A DNA stretch of 64,000 bases from Dongiaceae bacterium (GCA_035492855.1 DATJIU010000105.1:20188-84187), one strand, 5' to 3'. Shown: positions 42,581 through 51,801, counted from the first letter of the stretch. Notes: generated by a model not told the origin, from the letters alone. A program made the numbers and translations.

Positions 42581-44398
42581 TCAGTTCAGCAATTCAATTT
42601 CGCTGAGGGTGGGACCCTGGGTGGCATCGAGAATTTCCAGCCGGAATTCCCGCGCCGTCACGGGATCGAACTTTTGCTCGAAATGTTCGCCCAGCGTGGT
42701 GCCGCTGAAAATGGTTTTCCATGCGGCGCCGTCGCGATACTGAAATGCAAACTTTTGCACACGCCCGGCATAGGCCTCCGCCACGCGCAGGCCGCGGATG
42801 GTTTGCGCCGTTTCCCAACTGGCGGTGATCCAGGCCTGCCGGGTTTCGTCGTCCGTGGCCCAGCGGGTTTCCCGGTCGGAATCAAAGGCGAGCTGCGGGC
42901 CGTAACCGGTGTCCTGGTGCTGGTAAATGTTGGAGGCGGTCGTTTTGATTTCCGGGCCGGGATCAATGGCCGGCGCGCCTTGGAATTGCAACACCACGGT
43001 GGTGGAAATGGGATCGGCGGCTTCCGCCGGCAATGCTACGGTGACACCGGCGGCATCGGCTTGCACTGCCAGCGCGGTTTGCTTGGGGTCCGCCAGCAGA
43101 TAGGCCCGGTCAATTTTGCTGTGCAATCCGGGCACCAGCAGTTGGCCGGCGGCGGGCCAGTCCAGCACATGCAGGTACAGCGTGGTGGTCGTGCCGGTGC
43201 GCCGCTGGGTGCAGCGGCCCCAGGTCAAACGGCGGGCAAAGGGGCTGGCGGTGGTGCCGTAAATCGCTTCGCCGTTAACCGCCATCCAGACCCCAATGTC
43301 ATGCAGGCGCTCCAAACTCGAGGCGGGGATCAGTCCGGCGCTGGTCGGCCCGACGTTCAGCAGATAGTTGCCGCCCTTGCTGGCACAATCAATCAGGTTG
43401 CGGACCAGGGTCTGCGCCGACTTCCAGTGCGTGTCGTTTTTGTTGTAACCCCAGTGGTCGTTCATGGTCATGCAGGATTCCCAGTCCACTCCCGGACCAA
43501 AACCCGAGGGCGGGATGTTTTGTTCGGGCGTGCCATAATCGCCAATCTTTTCCGCGCCGGTGTCCATGCCGGCCATGCCATCGCGGGCCTTGCCGACCCG
43601 GTTGTTGACAATGATCTCCGGTTGCAGGCGGCGCACGTAATGATAGAGGTCGGCGCCGCGGGCGCCCGTCCACGGGCTCTCCCATTCGCCGTCAAACCAC
43701 AAAATCCCAATCGGGCCGTAGCGCGTGAGCAGTTCCTTGAGTTGGCCTTTCATGAAGGCGACATAGCGGTCCATGTCGGGCGGGCCGGCGGTGGCGGCGA
43801 GGTCGTTCCACGCCCGGCGGGTGCCCCAGTCGGGGTGATGCCAGTCCATGATGGAATAGTAGAGACAAAACCGGATGCCGGCGGTTTTGCAGGCGGCGGC
43901 CAGTTCCTGCAGGGGATCGCGCTGGAACGGCGTGCGCCGAATGCCCCAGTCATTCAGGTCGGACCGGAACATGGCAAAGCCGTCATGATGTTTGCTGGTG
44001 ATGACGATGTATTTTACTCCCGCCGCCTTGGCCGCCGCCACCCAGGCGGTCGCATCAAATTTCACCGGGTTGAATTCCGACGCATACTTTTCGTACTGGC
44101 TCACCGGCATGTGGGTTTCTTCCAGAAACCATTCGGCGTAGTTGGTCTGCCCCTGCCATTCACCGGCCGGCACGGAATAGACTCCCCAATGGATAAACAG
44201 GCCGAAGCGGGCCTCCCGGAACCATTTCATCCGCGCGTCTTTTTGCGCGGCGGTTTCGGTAACGGAAGCCGGCGGCGGTGCGGCGGTTTCCTGGGCGGAT
44301 GCGGCGGGGAGAAACCGGCCGGCAAGGCCGAGGGTGACTCCTAGCATGAGCTGCAGGGATTTTGACCGGAACATTCTTGGCAGAGGGATTTTTTTCAT
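42581..44398 (-). CDS. GH29 alpha-L-fucosidase with C-terminal F5/8 type C (discoidin) domain (605 aa)
   Basis: Start at ATG 44398 (MKKIPLPRMF...; alternative at 44431); GH29 blocks RFGLFIHWGVYS, YIVITSKHHDGFAMF; C-terminal discoidin block RWATDD...FDPVTAREFRLEILDATQGPTLSEIELL. Confidence 0.9.
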   Translation of the reverse strand: MKKIPLPRMFRSKSLQLMLGVTLGLAGRFLPAASAQETAAPPPASVTETAAQKDARMKWFREARFGLFIHWGVYSVPAGEWQGQTNYAEWFLEETHMPVSQYEKYASEFNPVKFDATAWVAAAKAAGVKYIVITSKHHDGFAMFRSDLNDWGIRRTPFQRDPLQELAAACKTAGIRFCLYYSIMDWHHPDWGTRRAWNDLAATAGPPDMDRYVAFMKGQLKELLTRYGPIGILWFDGEWESPWTGARGADLYHYVRRLQPEIIVNNRVGKARDGMAGMDTGAEKIGDYGTPEQNIPPSGFGPGVDWESCMTMNDHWGYNKNDTHWKSAQTLVRNLIDCASKGGNYLLNVGPTSAGLIPASSLERLHDIGVWMAVNGEAIYGTTASPFARRLTWGRCTQRRTGTTTTLYLHVLDWPAAGQLLVPGLHSKIDRAYLLADPKQTALAVQADAAGVTVALPAEAADPISTTVVLQFQGAPAIDPGPEIKTTASNIYQHQDTGYGPQLAFDSDRETRWATDDETRQAWITASWETAQTIRGLRVAEAYAGRVQKFAFQYRDGAAWKTIFSGTTLGEHFEQKFDPVTAREFRLEILDATQGPTLSEIELLN

Positions 44399-44411
44399 GG
44401 GGGCGGTGAGG

Positions 44412-44621
44412 TTAATGGTCCCGCACTTCAATTTGGCCCAAGGTTGGACCAGGGGATGCGGCGGGGATCTTCGGCCGAAATTCCCGGGCTGTCACTGGTT
44501 TAATTTCCGGAGCAAAATCCGCGACCGGAGCGGGACCGGGGCAACGAGTGTCTGAGCTGGCGCGCAGCCCCGCCATTGCCGGGCGGGAGCCCGGGAGGAG
44601 CAGCGTTTGCCACGGGTTCAT
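44412..44621 (-). pseudogene. Decayed remnant of a discoidin-domain 3' end between the two GH29 genes
   Basis: Minus-strand translation ...FAPEIKPVTAREFRPKIPAASPGPTLGQIEVRDH parallels the true C-termini FDPVTAREFRLEILDATQGPTLSEIELLN and FDPVTAQRFRLNILDATEGPTIKEIELF; nucleotide similarity to 42581-42680 visible by eye; no upstream catalytic domain. Confidence 0.5.
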
Positions 44622-44644
44622 ATCAAGTTTCCCGACCGGACGGC

Positions 44645-46348
44645 TCAGAACAGTTCGATTTCCTTGATCGTGGGACCTTCGGTGGCGTCCAGAATGTTCA
44701 GGCGGAAGCGCTGCGCCGTCACCGGATCAAACTGCTGTTCAAAGTGCGCGCCCAACGTGGTGCCGCGGATGAGGGTTTTCCATTCGCTGCCGGCCAGGCA
44801 TTGAAATTCAAACTGCTGCACGCGCCCGGCGAAGGCTTCCTGAATGCGCACGCCGTGGGCGGTTTGGGGGCGGTCCAGGTCCACGGCCACCCAGGCGTGT
44901 TTGGTGCCGTCGTTGGTGGCCCAGCGGGTGTCGGGGTCGCCGTCGAAGGCAAACTCCGCGCCGTATTCGGCGGTGTCGTGGTGATACACGTTCGAGGCGG
45001 TGGCATGGATGCTGGATGGAATTTCCAGCGCGGCCAGGGACATTACGGAATCGGCAGCATCCAACTGGATGATGGTATCCATGGGCTGGCGCAGGGCGGC
45101 AGGCACGGTGAGCACGAGCTGGCCGTCCTTTTGCGCAAAAGCCACCTGGGGTCCGTGCAGCACGGTGGCGTTGGTGAGGGCGACGGCGAGCGCGGGCAAC
45201 GTGATGGTGTCGCCCTTGGCCGCGAGGAGATGCAAATAAATGGTGTTGCCGTGGCGGGTGCTGGCCAGGCCGTGGCCGGGTTTCCACGGGCCGCCGCGGG
45301 TGTTGTAGATGCTCACGCCGTAGCGGTCCATCCAGGCGCCGATTTCCTGCAACCGCGCAACCTGCCGGGGTTCGATTTCACCGGTGGGCATGGGGCCGAC
45401 ATTGAAGAGCAGGTTACCATCGCCGCCGGCGCACCGGACGAGCGTGGTAATGCACTCATCCAGTGATTTCATGACGTCATCGGGTTTCCAGGACCATTGG
45501 GTGCAGATGGTCATGCAGGTCTCCCAGGGCCGGTTGTCCTGGTACTTGCCGACGTATTGCTCGGGGGTATCGTAATCGCCGCCGTCGCCGGTGCGGTTGT
45601 TGATGAGGATGTTGGGCTGGAGCGCGCGCACCAGTTGGATGGTGCGGTAGCCGCGGCCTTTGAAGTATTGCGGGATGTCGTTCCAGATGGTGAGGAGCGG
45701 GCCGTAGTTGGTGATGAGTTCAGAGACCTGGTGCAGGAGGTATTCGTTGTAGGCGTCGAGATTGCTGGTCTCGCGCTTCACCGTGCCGCCGGGGCTGGTG
45801 ACGGGAAAGTTGGTATTCCACCAGTCGCAGGTGGAATAGTAGGCGCCGAACTCAATGTGCTGCCGGCGGCAGGCGTCGGAGAGTTCGCGGACGATGTCGC
45901 GTTTGAATGGCGTGTGAGTGATGTTATAATCACTGTACTTGGTATCCCAAAGGCAGAAGCCGTCATGGTGTTTGGTGGTGAGCACGATGTATTTCATGCC
46001 GGCGGCCTTGGCAATGCTCACCCAGGTGTCGGCGTTGAAATTGGTGGGATCGAACCGCTTGTAGAGATTGTCATAGACGGCAATGGGGGTTTCGTCGCCG
46101 CGCGACCAGCCGATCTCCTTGCCGGTGAGACTGACGGGCCCAAAATGAATAAACATGCCAAACCGCAGCGATTGCCAGTGCGCCACGGCGGCGGGGTCGG
46201 CGGCGGGCCAGGCGGGCGCATTGGTCTGGGCGGCAACGGGATGGCTGCCGGCCCCGCAGGTTATAAGCAGGCCCAAAACGAGGGCCCAGCGGACAAGGAC
46301 GGTTTTCACAACGGTATTCTGCCCGAAAAGCACAAGAGCGGCTTGCAA
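44645..46348 (-). CDS. GH29 alpha-L-fucosidase with C-terminal F5/8 type C domain (up to 567 aa)
   Basis: GH29 blocks RFGMFIHFGPVS, YIVLTTKHHDGFCLW; discoidin C-terminus; start uncertain (TTG 46348, GTG 46333 or GTG 46309, the last giving MKTVLVRWALVLGLL signal peptide). Confidence 0.88.
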   Translation of the reverse strand: MQAALVLFGQNTVVKTVLVRWALVLGLLITCGAGSHPVAAQTNAPAWPAADPAAVAHWQSLRFGMFIHFGPVSLTGKEIGWSRGDETPIAVYDNLYKRFDPTNFNADTWVSIAKAAGMKYIVLTTKHHDGFCLWDTKYSDYNITHTPFKRDIVRELSDACRRQHIEFGAYYSTCDWWNTNFPVTSPGGTVKRETSNLDAYNEYLLHQVSELITNYGPLLTIWNDIPQYFKGRGYRTIQLVRALQPNILINNRTGDGGDYDTPEQYVGKYQDNRPWETCMTICTQWSWKPDDVMKSLDECITTLVRCAGGDGNLLFNVGPMPTGEIEPRQVARLQEIGAWMDRYGVSIYNTRGGPWKPGHGLASTRHGNTIYLHLLAAKGDTITLPALAVALTNATVLHGPQVAFAQKDGQLVLTVPAALRQPMDTIIQLDAADSVMSLAALEIPSSIHATASNVYHHDTAEYGAEFAFDGDPDTRWATNDGTKHAWVAVDLDRPQTAHGVRIQEAFAGRVQQFEFQCLAGSEWKTLIRGTTLGAHFEQQFDPVTAQRFRLNILDATEGPTIKEIELF

Positions 46349-46356
46349 TATATTGC
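46345..46356. promoter_or_regulatory. Perfect 12-bp palindrome in the GH29/araC divergent spacer
   Basis: GCAATATATTGC is its own reverse complement; AT-rich core in a GC-rich context, 22 nt upstream of the AraC-family ATG (46378). Confidence 0.25.
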
Positions 46357-46377
46357 GGCGAAGAATATTTAACGTTC

Positions 46378-47385
46378 ATGTCCATTCAGCCGACTTATCA
46401 GGCTCGTAACGAACGCTACGGCATTGACCGTTGCGAGCCGCAGAAGCGCGCGGTCAGCGAGGGCAAGATCGAGTTTCACGCGCTGACCAAGGGACATTAC
46501 CCCGGCCGGCCCGTGCCGCGCAACGTGTTGCCCGGCCTGAACAGCATCGGTTACTGGAGCGCCGGCGCCATGCAGGATTGGGGCGAGGATCCCCACCGGA
46601 ACGAGGGCATGGAAATCCTGTTCCTGGAAACGGGCTCCATTGATTTCACCGCCGACCAGAAGACGCATCACCTGCACGCGGGACATTTCACCATCACCCG
46701 CCCGTGGCAGTTGCACAAGCTTGGCGCGCCGAACATCGGGCCCGGCCGCCTGCACTGGCTCATCCTCGATGTGGGTGTGCGCCGGCCGCACCAGGAATGG
46801 ACCTGGCCCAAGTGGGTGGTGCTCACCCGCAACGACCTGGCGCGGCTGACGCGCAAGTTGCGGCACAACGAAAATCCGGTGTGGACGAGCACGCCGCCCA
46901 TTGCGGCGTCGTTCCGCGAAATTGCGCGGTGCGTGGAGGCGTGGGACCAGCCGCACGCCATTTCGCGCCTGGCGGTTTCGTTGAATCAGTTGCTCATTGG
47001 CATCCTCGACGCGTTGGTGGAACAGCAGACGCAGGAAAATGAACAGCTCACCTCGCGCAAGCGCGCGGTGGAGATGTTCCTGCGTGATCTCGAGGCCGGC
47101 CGCGCCAACGTGGGCGAAGCCTGGACGCTCAACCGTATGGCCGCGCATTGCAGCATGGGCGTGACGGCGTTTTCCAAATACTGCCGCGAGCTGGTGAACA
47201 TCGGGCCGATGGAATATCTGAACCGCTGCCGGCTGGACCTGGCGGCGCGGCGGTTGCGGGAGGACAAGAGCCGGTCCATCACGGAAATCGCCTTCGATTG
47301 CGGCTTCAACTCCAGCCAGTATTTTTCCACGCGTTTCCGCCAGCGGTTTCACCAGTCGCCCCGGCGGTTTGTGAGTAAGGATTGA
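46378..47385 (+). CDS. AraC-family transcriptional regulator (335 aa)
   Basis: Cupin-like N-terminus; C-terminal double HTH (LNRMAAHCSMGVTAFSKYCRELVNIGPMEYL...ITEIAFDCGFNSSQYFSTRFRQRFHQSPRRF); divergent from the fucosidase/fucose array. Confidence 0.85.
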   Translation: MSIQPTYQARNERYGIDRCEPQKRAVSEGKIEFHALTKGHYPGRPVPRNVLPGLNSIGYWSAGAMQDWGEDPHRNEGMEILFLETGSIDFTADQKTHHLHAGHFTITRPWQLHKLGAPNIGPGRLHWLILDVGVRRPHQEWTWPKWVVLTRNDLARLTRKLRHNENPVWTSTPPIAASFREIARCVEAWDQPHAISRLAVSLNQLLIGILDALVEQQTQENEQLTSRKRAVEMFLRDLEAGRANVGEAWTLNRMAAHCSMGVTAFSKYCRELVNIGPMEYLNRCRLDLAARRLREDKSRSITEIAFDCGFNSSQYFSTRFRQRFHQSPRRFVSKD

Positions 47386-47406
47386 GAACAGGTTTGGAGC
47401 GAATGG

Positions 47407-47442
47407 CGATTAAGATTAGAATTACGATTTAGATTAAGACCG
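47407..47442. repeat. AT-rich GATTA-type repeat related to the fucI-upstream repeat (inverted orientation)
   Basis: GCGATTAAGATTAGAATTACGATTTAGATTAAGACC; its reverse complement shares AATCTTAATC and AATCGTAAT with 10771-10806. Confidence 0.35.
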
Positions 47443-47463
47443 CGATGGAGAAGACGGCTGGAG

Positions 47464-47497
47464 AAAACGCTGTAAAATGATGCAAGCGTTTTATTTA
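47464..47497. terminator. Bidirectional-looking intrinsic terminator between araC-like and exbD genes
   Basis: 8-bp stem AAAACGCT/AGCGTTTT (47464-47471 / 47485-47492), 13-nt loop, T-rich 3' flank on the plus strand; A/T-run arms give U-tracts in both orientations. Confidence 0.55.
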
Positions 47498-47557
47498 CAA
47501 TGACATATACGTAAATCACGCCCACTGACGTTTAAGACTCTTAAGGGATTTTCCGAT

Positions 47558-47968
47558 TTACTGCGTTGTGGCGGTGGCCAGACCCACCTTGGTGATGTCG
47601 GCCTGTTGCACCAGGTCCAACACGCTGATGACGTGCTGGTAGTCCACATCGGCCGCGCCGAGCACCACCACGCTGGTCTCGGGATCGGCGGTCTTCAGGT
47701 CCACCAACGTCTGCTTGAGCGCCGCCAGTTCGATGGGGGCGTCGTTGAGCCAGATGTGCCCGGCGGTGTCCACATTGATGCGGTTGATCTTGGGCGGAGG
47801 AGTGGGCGGCTTTTGCTTCTGCGGCGTGGGCAGGTTCATCTCCAGGTCATTGGACAACTGGGGCGTGGTGATGATGAAGATCACCAGCAGCACAAACGCC
47901 AGATCCAGCAGCGGCGTGATGTTCAGCTCGTTGAGCGAACTGTGATGCGCCTTGGAGGTCTTTTTCAC
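47558..47968 (-). CDS. exbD: ExbD/TolR-family biopolymer transport protein (136 aa)
   Basis: LNELNITPLLDLAFVLLVIFIITTP signature TM; periplasmic domain; 4-nt overlap with tonB-like gene. Confidence 0.88.
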   Translation of the reverse strand: MKKTSKAHHSSLNELNITPLLDLAFVLLVIFIITTPQLSNDLEMNLPTPQKQKPPTPPPKINRINVDTAGHIWLNDAPIELAALKQTLVDLKTADPETSVVVLGAADVDYQHVISVLDLVQQADITKVGLATATTQ

Positions 47969-48648
47969 TGGCCCCCCACTTGCAGGGAGTTTTCCATGGG
48001 CACCATGGCGACGTCGAACCGCACAATGAACTTTTCCGGGAAACCCTTGGGTGGCGGCTGGCTGAGGGCGGGCGTTTCGGCCAGCGCGGATTTGATGGAG
48101 TTGTCCCAGCGCTGATTGCCCGAACCGCTGACCCAGCGGGTGCCGTTGATCCGGCCCTTGGGGTCCACATCCAGTTCCACCTCGGCGGCCAGGGTGCTGT
48201 CGTCAATGTCCTCGGGCCGGTTCCAACGGGAGCGAATGGACGACTCGATTAGCGCCTTGTACAGGTCAACGGGATTCGAAATGCTCTGCACCTCGTGGGC
48301 GCCGTCGCTGAATTGGAAGGACGGCAGGACCACTTGTTCCGGCGCCGCGGCAGGCGCGGCATCGGGCGGCGGCGCGGTGGATTCCACCTTGGGCGGCGCC
48401 ATGTTGGGCTTGGGCGTGGTGGCGACCTTGGGCTCCTCCACCTTGGGTTCCTCGGGCTTGGCCTTGGGCGGCTCGGCCTTTTTCTCCTTGGGCACGAGGG
48501 TGGCGGTCAGGGCCTGCATCTTTTTGCCGACGAGCCCTTCCCGCGCGGCGAAGAAGAACACCACGGCCAGCAGCACGCTGTGGAAAATGATGGAAAAGGT
48601 GAGGTTAACCTTTGAGGAGGGGCGCTTGCGCCGCGGATGTTCGTCCAT
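47965..48648 (-). CDS. tonB: TonB-family energy transducer (227 aa)
   Basis: N-terminal TM anchor, Pro/Lys/Glu-rich spacer (KPEEPKVEEPKV), C-terminal TonB-like domain; embedded between exbD genes. Confidence 0.8.
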   Translation of the reverse strand: MDEHPRRKRPSSKVNLTFSIIFHSVLLAVVFFFAAREGLVGKKMQALTATLVPKEKKAEPPKAKPEEPKVEEPKVATTPKPNMAPPKVESTAPPPDAAPAAAPEQVVLPSFQFSDGAHEVQSISNPVDLYKALIESSIRSRWNRPEDIDDSTLAAEVELDVDPKGRINGTRWVSGSGNQRWDNSIKSALAETPALSQPPPKGFPEKFIVRFDVAMVPMENSLQVGGQ

Positions 48649-48651
48649 AAT

Positions 48652-49086
48652 CTACTCCTTGTCCTTTTTGGCGCCACCTTCGGCAAACGGCTCGGTGGCG
48701 AGATTCACCTTGCCCACGTTGGCCTGTTGCAACGCATCCATCACATTGACGATGTTCTGGTATTTGGTCTTGGCCGAACCACGGATGATGATGTTGAGGT
48801 CCGGATTGTCCAGGCGCAGGCCGGCCACCTTTTCCTGCAACTCACTTGCCGCGACCTCCTGCTGGTTCAGGTAGATTTTGCCGGCGTTGTCCACCGTCAC
48901 ATAATTGAGCTTGGGCTTGGCTTCCTTGGGGCGCGTGGCGGCGTGGGGCAGTTGCACATCCAGGTCATTCACCACCGGCGTGGTGGTGATGATGAAAATC
49001 ACCAGCAGCACAAACGCCAGGTCCAGCAGCGGCGTGATGTTCATTTCCGCCAGCGCGTGGTGATGGGATGAGGAACACTTTTTCAT
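48652..49086 (-). CDS. exbD: ExbD/TolR-family protein, second copy (144 aa)
   Basis: LAEMNITPLLDLAFVLLVIFIITT signature TM; paralogue of 47558-47968. Confidence 0.88.
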   Translation of the reverse strand: MKKCSSSHHHALAEMNITPLLDLAFVLLVIFIITTTPVVNDLDVQLPHAATRPKEAKPKLNYVTVDNAGKIYLNQQEVAASELQEKVAGLRLDNPDLNIIIRGSAKTKYQNIVNVMDALQQANVGKVNLATEPFAEGGAKKDKE

Positions 49087-49103
49087 GCCGGGCGCCGGTC
49101 AGT

Positions 49104-50030
49104 TCAGGAATGCGCGCCGTCCATGGCCGGCAATGCGGGCGGAATTTTGGGGGCCACCGCCGGACGACCCGAGGTGCCGGCACCGGGCAGCAGGCCTTCG
49201 AGTGAGGTGCGGATTTCCTCGGCCAGCGAGCGATTGTCCACGTATTTGTGTTCCAGCGCGGTGGCATATTCGCTGGCAAAGCCGTCCAGTTCCTGCGTGA
49301 TGGCGCGGATGGTGGTGACCATGTAGTTGTAGGCAAACATGGCGGGGATGGCGACGGAGAGACCGGCCACCGTGGCCAGCAGCGCCGCGGCCACACCGGG
49401 CGCCATGGCGTTCAAGCTGGCGGCGTTGGCAATGCCGATGCCGGAGAAGGTTTCCATGACGCCCCAGACCGTGCCGAACAGCCCGATGAACGGGCCGCCG
49501 GCCACCGCCGTGGAAAGAATAATCATCCCCTTTTCCAATCCCAACGCTTCCGCGCCTGCCTGGCGTTCGAGGGTGAGGCGCACCGACTCAAACGAGGACA
49601 GGGTGATCTTGGTGGTGATTTCGCGCGCGAGGGTGTCGGTGTAACCGCTGCCGGCCGGGTTGTTTGGATCCGCGGACAGACGCTTGATCTGGGTGACATG
49701 CACCGGGTTGTTCTTCAACTGATATTCCAATTCCTCGGCGCCGCCGTGGTAAATCTCATAGGCCGGGGCGCCATCAAATTCCTCGCCGCGCCGAAAGATG
49801 CCGAGGGGATCGCGGTTTTCCCGGTAGGCGGCGGCGAATTTCCGCCCCACCTTGCGGGCGCGGTACAACTGCCGCGCCTTGGTGAAGATCACCGTCCAAC
49901 TGAAAATGGAAACGATGAACAGGGCGAAAATGGTGCACATGCCTTCCGGGGTGAGATGCTTCCAGGCGAAGCTCAGGGCATGGCTTTCCACCCCGACGGC
50001 GAAAATTGGTGAAAGGGCAACGGAATTCAT
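49104..50030 (-). CDS. exbB: MotA/TolQ/ExbB-family proton channel (308 aa)
   Basis: Three TMs; blocks LSTAVAGGPFIGLFGTVWGVMETF and VAAALLATVAGLSVAIPAMFAYN. Confidence 0.88.
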   Translation of the reverse strand: MNSVALSPIFAVGVESHALSFAWKHLTPEGMCTIFALFIVSIFSWTVIFTKARQLYRARKVGRKFAAAYRENRDPLGIFRRGEEFDGAPAYEIYHGGAEELEYQLKNNPVHVTQIKRLSADPNNPAGSGYTDTLAREITTKITLSSFESVRLTLERQAGAEALGLEKGMIILSTAVAGGPFIGLFGTVWGVMETFSGIGIANAASLNAMAPGVAAALLATVAGLSVAIPAMFAYNYMVTTIRAITQELDGFASEYATALEHKYVDNRSLAEEIRTSLEGLLPGAGTSGRPAVAPKIPPALPAMDGAHS

Positions 50031-50316
50031 AATTTGATTGCAGTCATTGAATGGAATCGGGGTGGTTGTCCTGACAGGGGTCCCGCACTGGCCCGGCCAG
50101 CGGATTCAAAGCCGGTCGGACGACCCGGCCCCAAAGGCGCCGGCGGGGTGTTGCCAATGCTTCGGACCGGCAGCCTCAAGACCCGTCCCTTTTTCCCAAA
50201 AGTATGTTTTGATATGGCGGGGAACAAAAGCAACGAAGTGTGAAATTGGTGTGGCGGCAATGTAACGGGCGTGTGACGGCAGGGAGGTTCACCGCCTGAG
50301 ACCGGGGGCTGGCTCA

Positions 50317-51276
50317 TTACCAACCCTTGGTTTCCAGCCCGGCCACCAGCGCGCGGCGGTTGCGGGCCGGTGACAGAATGGGGCGCTGGCTGGAGAGCTT
50401 GGCCGGGGCTTTGCCGCTTTTCTGCCGCCAGCGGCCCGGGCTCATGCCAAACCGCCGGGTGAACATGAGGTTGAACAGGCTGAGCGACTGGTAGCCGCTT
50501 TCCAACGCAATATCCACCACTTTGGATTCGGTGGTGGCCAGCAGTTTGCAGGCGCGCATGAGCCGGAGTTCCGCCTGTTTTTCGCGGAAGGACATGCCCA
50601 CCACCCCGCGAAAAATCCGCCCGAAATGGCGCGGCGTGCAGCGCGTTATCTGCACCAGGTCGGCGAAATTGAGGTGCAACAGTTCGGCCGTGGGGGTCTG
50701 TTTGAGAAAGGTCCAGAGCCGTTCCCGCGCATCGGAATTGGATTCGCCGGAAGGCTCTGGTTCCGGCTTGGGCTCAAACACCCGGAGAAACAGGTGCAGT
50801 AACTGGAGCCGCTGCAGGGCCCCGCCGGGACCGGCATTCAATTCGCGCAGTTCCGCGGCAATGGGACTGGAGGGCGGCAAAATGGGCGGCAGGGCATCCT
50901 GGCGCAGGGCGGCCGTTTCAAAGTAACGCTGCTCCCCCAGAGTCAGCATTTCAATCAGACGTTCCGGGCAGACTCGGAAGAAATGCAGCGTCAGTTCCCC
51001 CATCTGGCTGGCGCGGATGCTGCCCACAACTTGCGGCGTGGCGGCAATCACCGTGCCTGTTTCCAGCGCCCGGCAGTTTTCCGGATGCAGCCAGTAGCCG
51101 CTGCCGGAGGTGATTTGCAAAATGATCCAGGCGGGAAAGTGCGGCGCCCATTCGCCGCCCGGCGGCAAGGTCAATTGCCGTACCGTCAGGTGCGGTTCGT
51201 ATGAATGGTTGAGTTTCGCCACGGTTTTTAATTTTGCCAGCGCGGAAGCAGTTCCTGCGGCGCTCCGGTCCGGCAT
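50317..51276 (-). CDS. AraC-family transcriptional regulator (319 aa)
   Basis: C-terminal double HTH (LVQITRCTPRHFGRIFRGVVGMSFREKQAELRL...VVDIALESGYQSLSLFNLMFTRRFGMSPGRWR). Confidence 0.85.
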   Translation of the reverse strand: MPDRSAAGTASALAKLKTVAKLNHSYEPHLTVRQLTLPPGGEWAPHFPAWIILQITSGSGYWLHPENCRALETGTVIAATPQVVGSIRASQMGELTLHFFRVCPERLIEMLTLGEQRYFETAALRQDALPPILPPSSPIAAELRELNAGPGGALQRLQLLHLFLRVFEPKPEPEPSGESNSDARERLWTFLKQTPTAELLHLNFADLVQITRCTPRHFGRIFRGVVGMSFREKQAELRLMRACKLLATTESKVVDIALESGYQSLSLFNLMFTRRFGMSPGRWRQKSGKAPAKLSSQRPILSPARNRRALVAGLETKGW

Positions 51277-51801
51277 TGTCAGGCCGGCATTTCCGCCGGG
51301 GTCCTGATTGAATCGGACGCCGAAGCTAGCGGACAGTTGTTACAAACGCGCTGCAACCGGGAAACAGTTTGGAAAACAAAAAACGGCGGGCGCGCCAATT
51401 TCCGGACCGAAGGGGGGCCGGAGTTACGCCGGAATGCCCGGTCAGCGGAACCTGCGTGCGGACAACCGGACGCGGGGTTTTCGTTTCCAGCTTATCACAA
51501 TCCCGACATCGCGTTGTAACAAAGATTGCCCACCTTCGTCCGACGCCCGCCCGCAGGGTGCGGCGGTGTTTATTTGAACTGTGGTGCAATCACAAAATCA
51601 GAATCAACCGGAAGAACCATGGAGTGCGGGCCCCTGTTTTATCCGCCCCGGTTTGGGCTGGCGGCGCCAGGAATATCCGCCGGCGGCGGCCGAGCCGATC
51701 CAAGTGAAGCCGCCCCATCCCGCTGGAAACCGCGCCGGGAGCCGATTTCCCAGCTACGTGAAAGCGTTTCAAATCCAGCGCCGTAATCGGGATCTGGCAG
51801 C

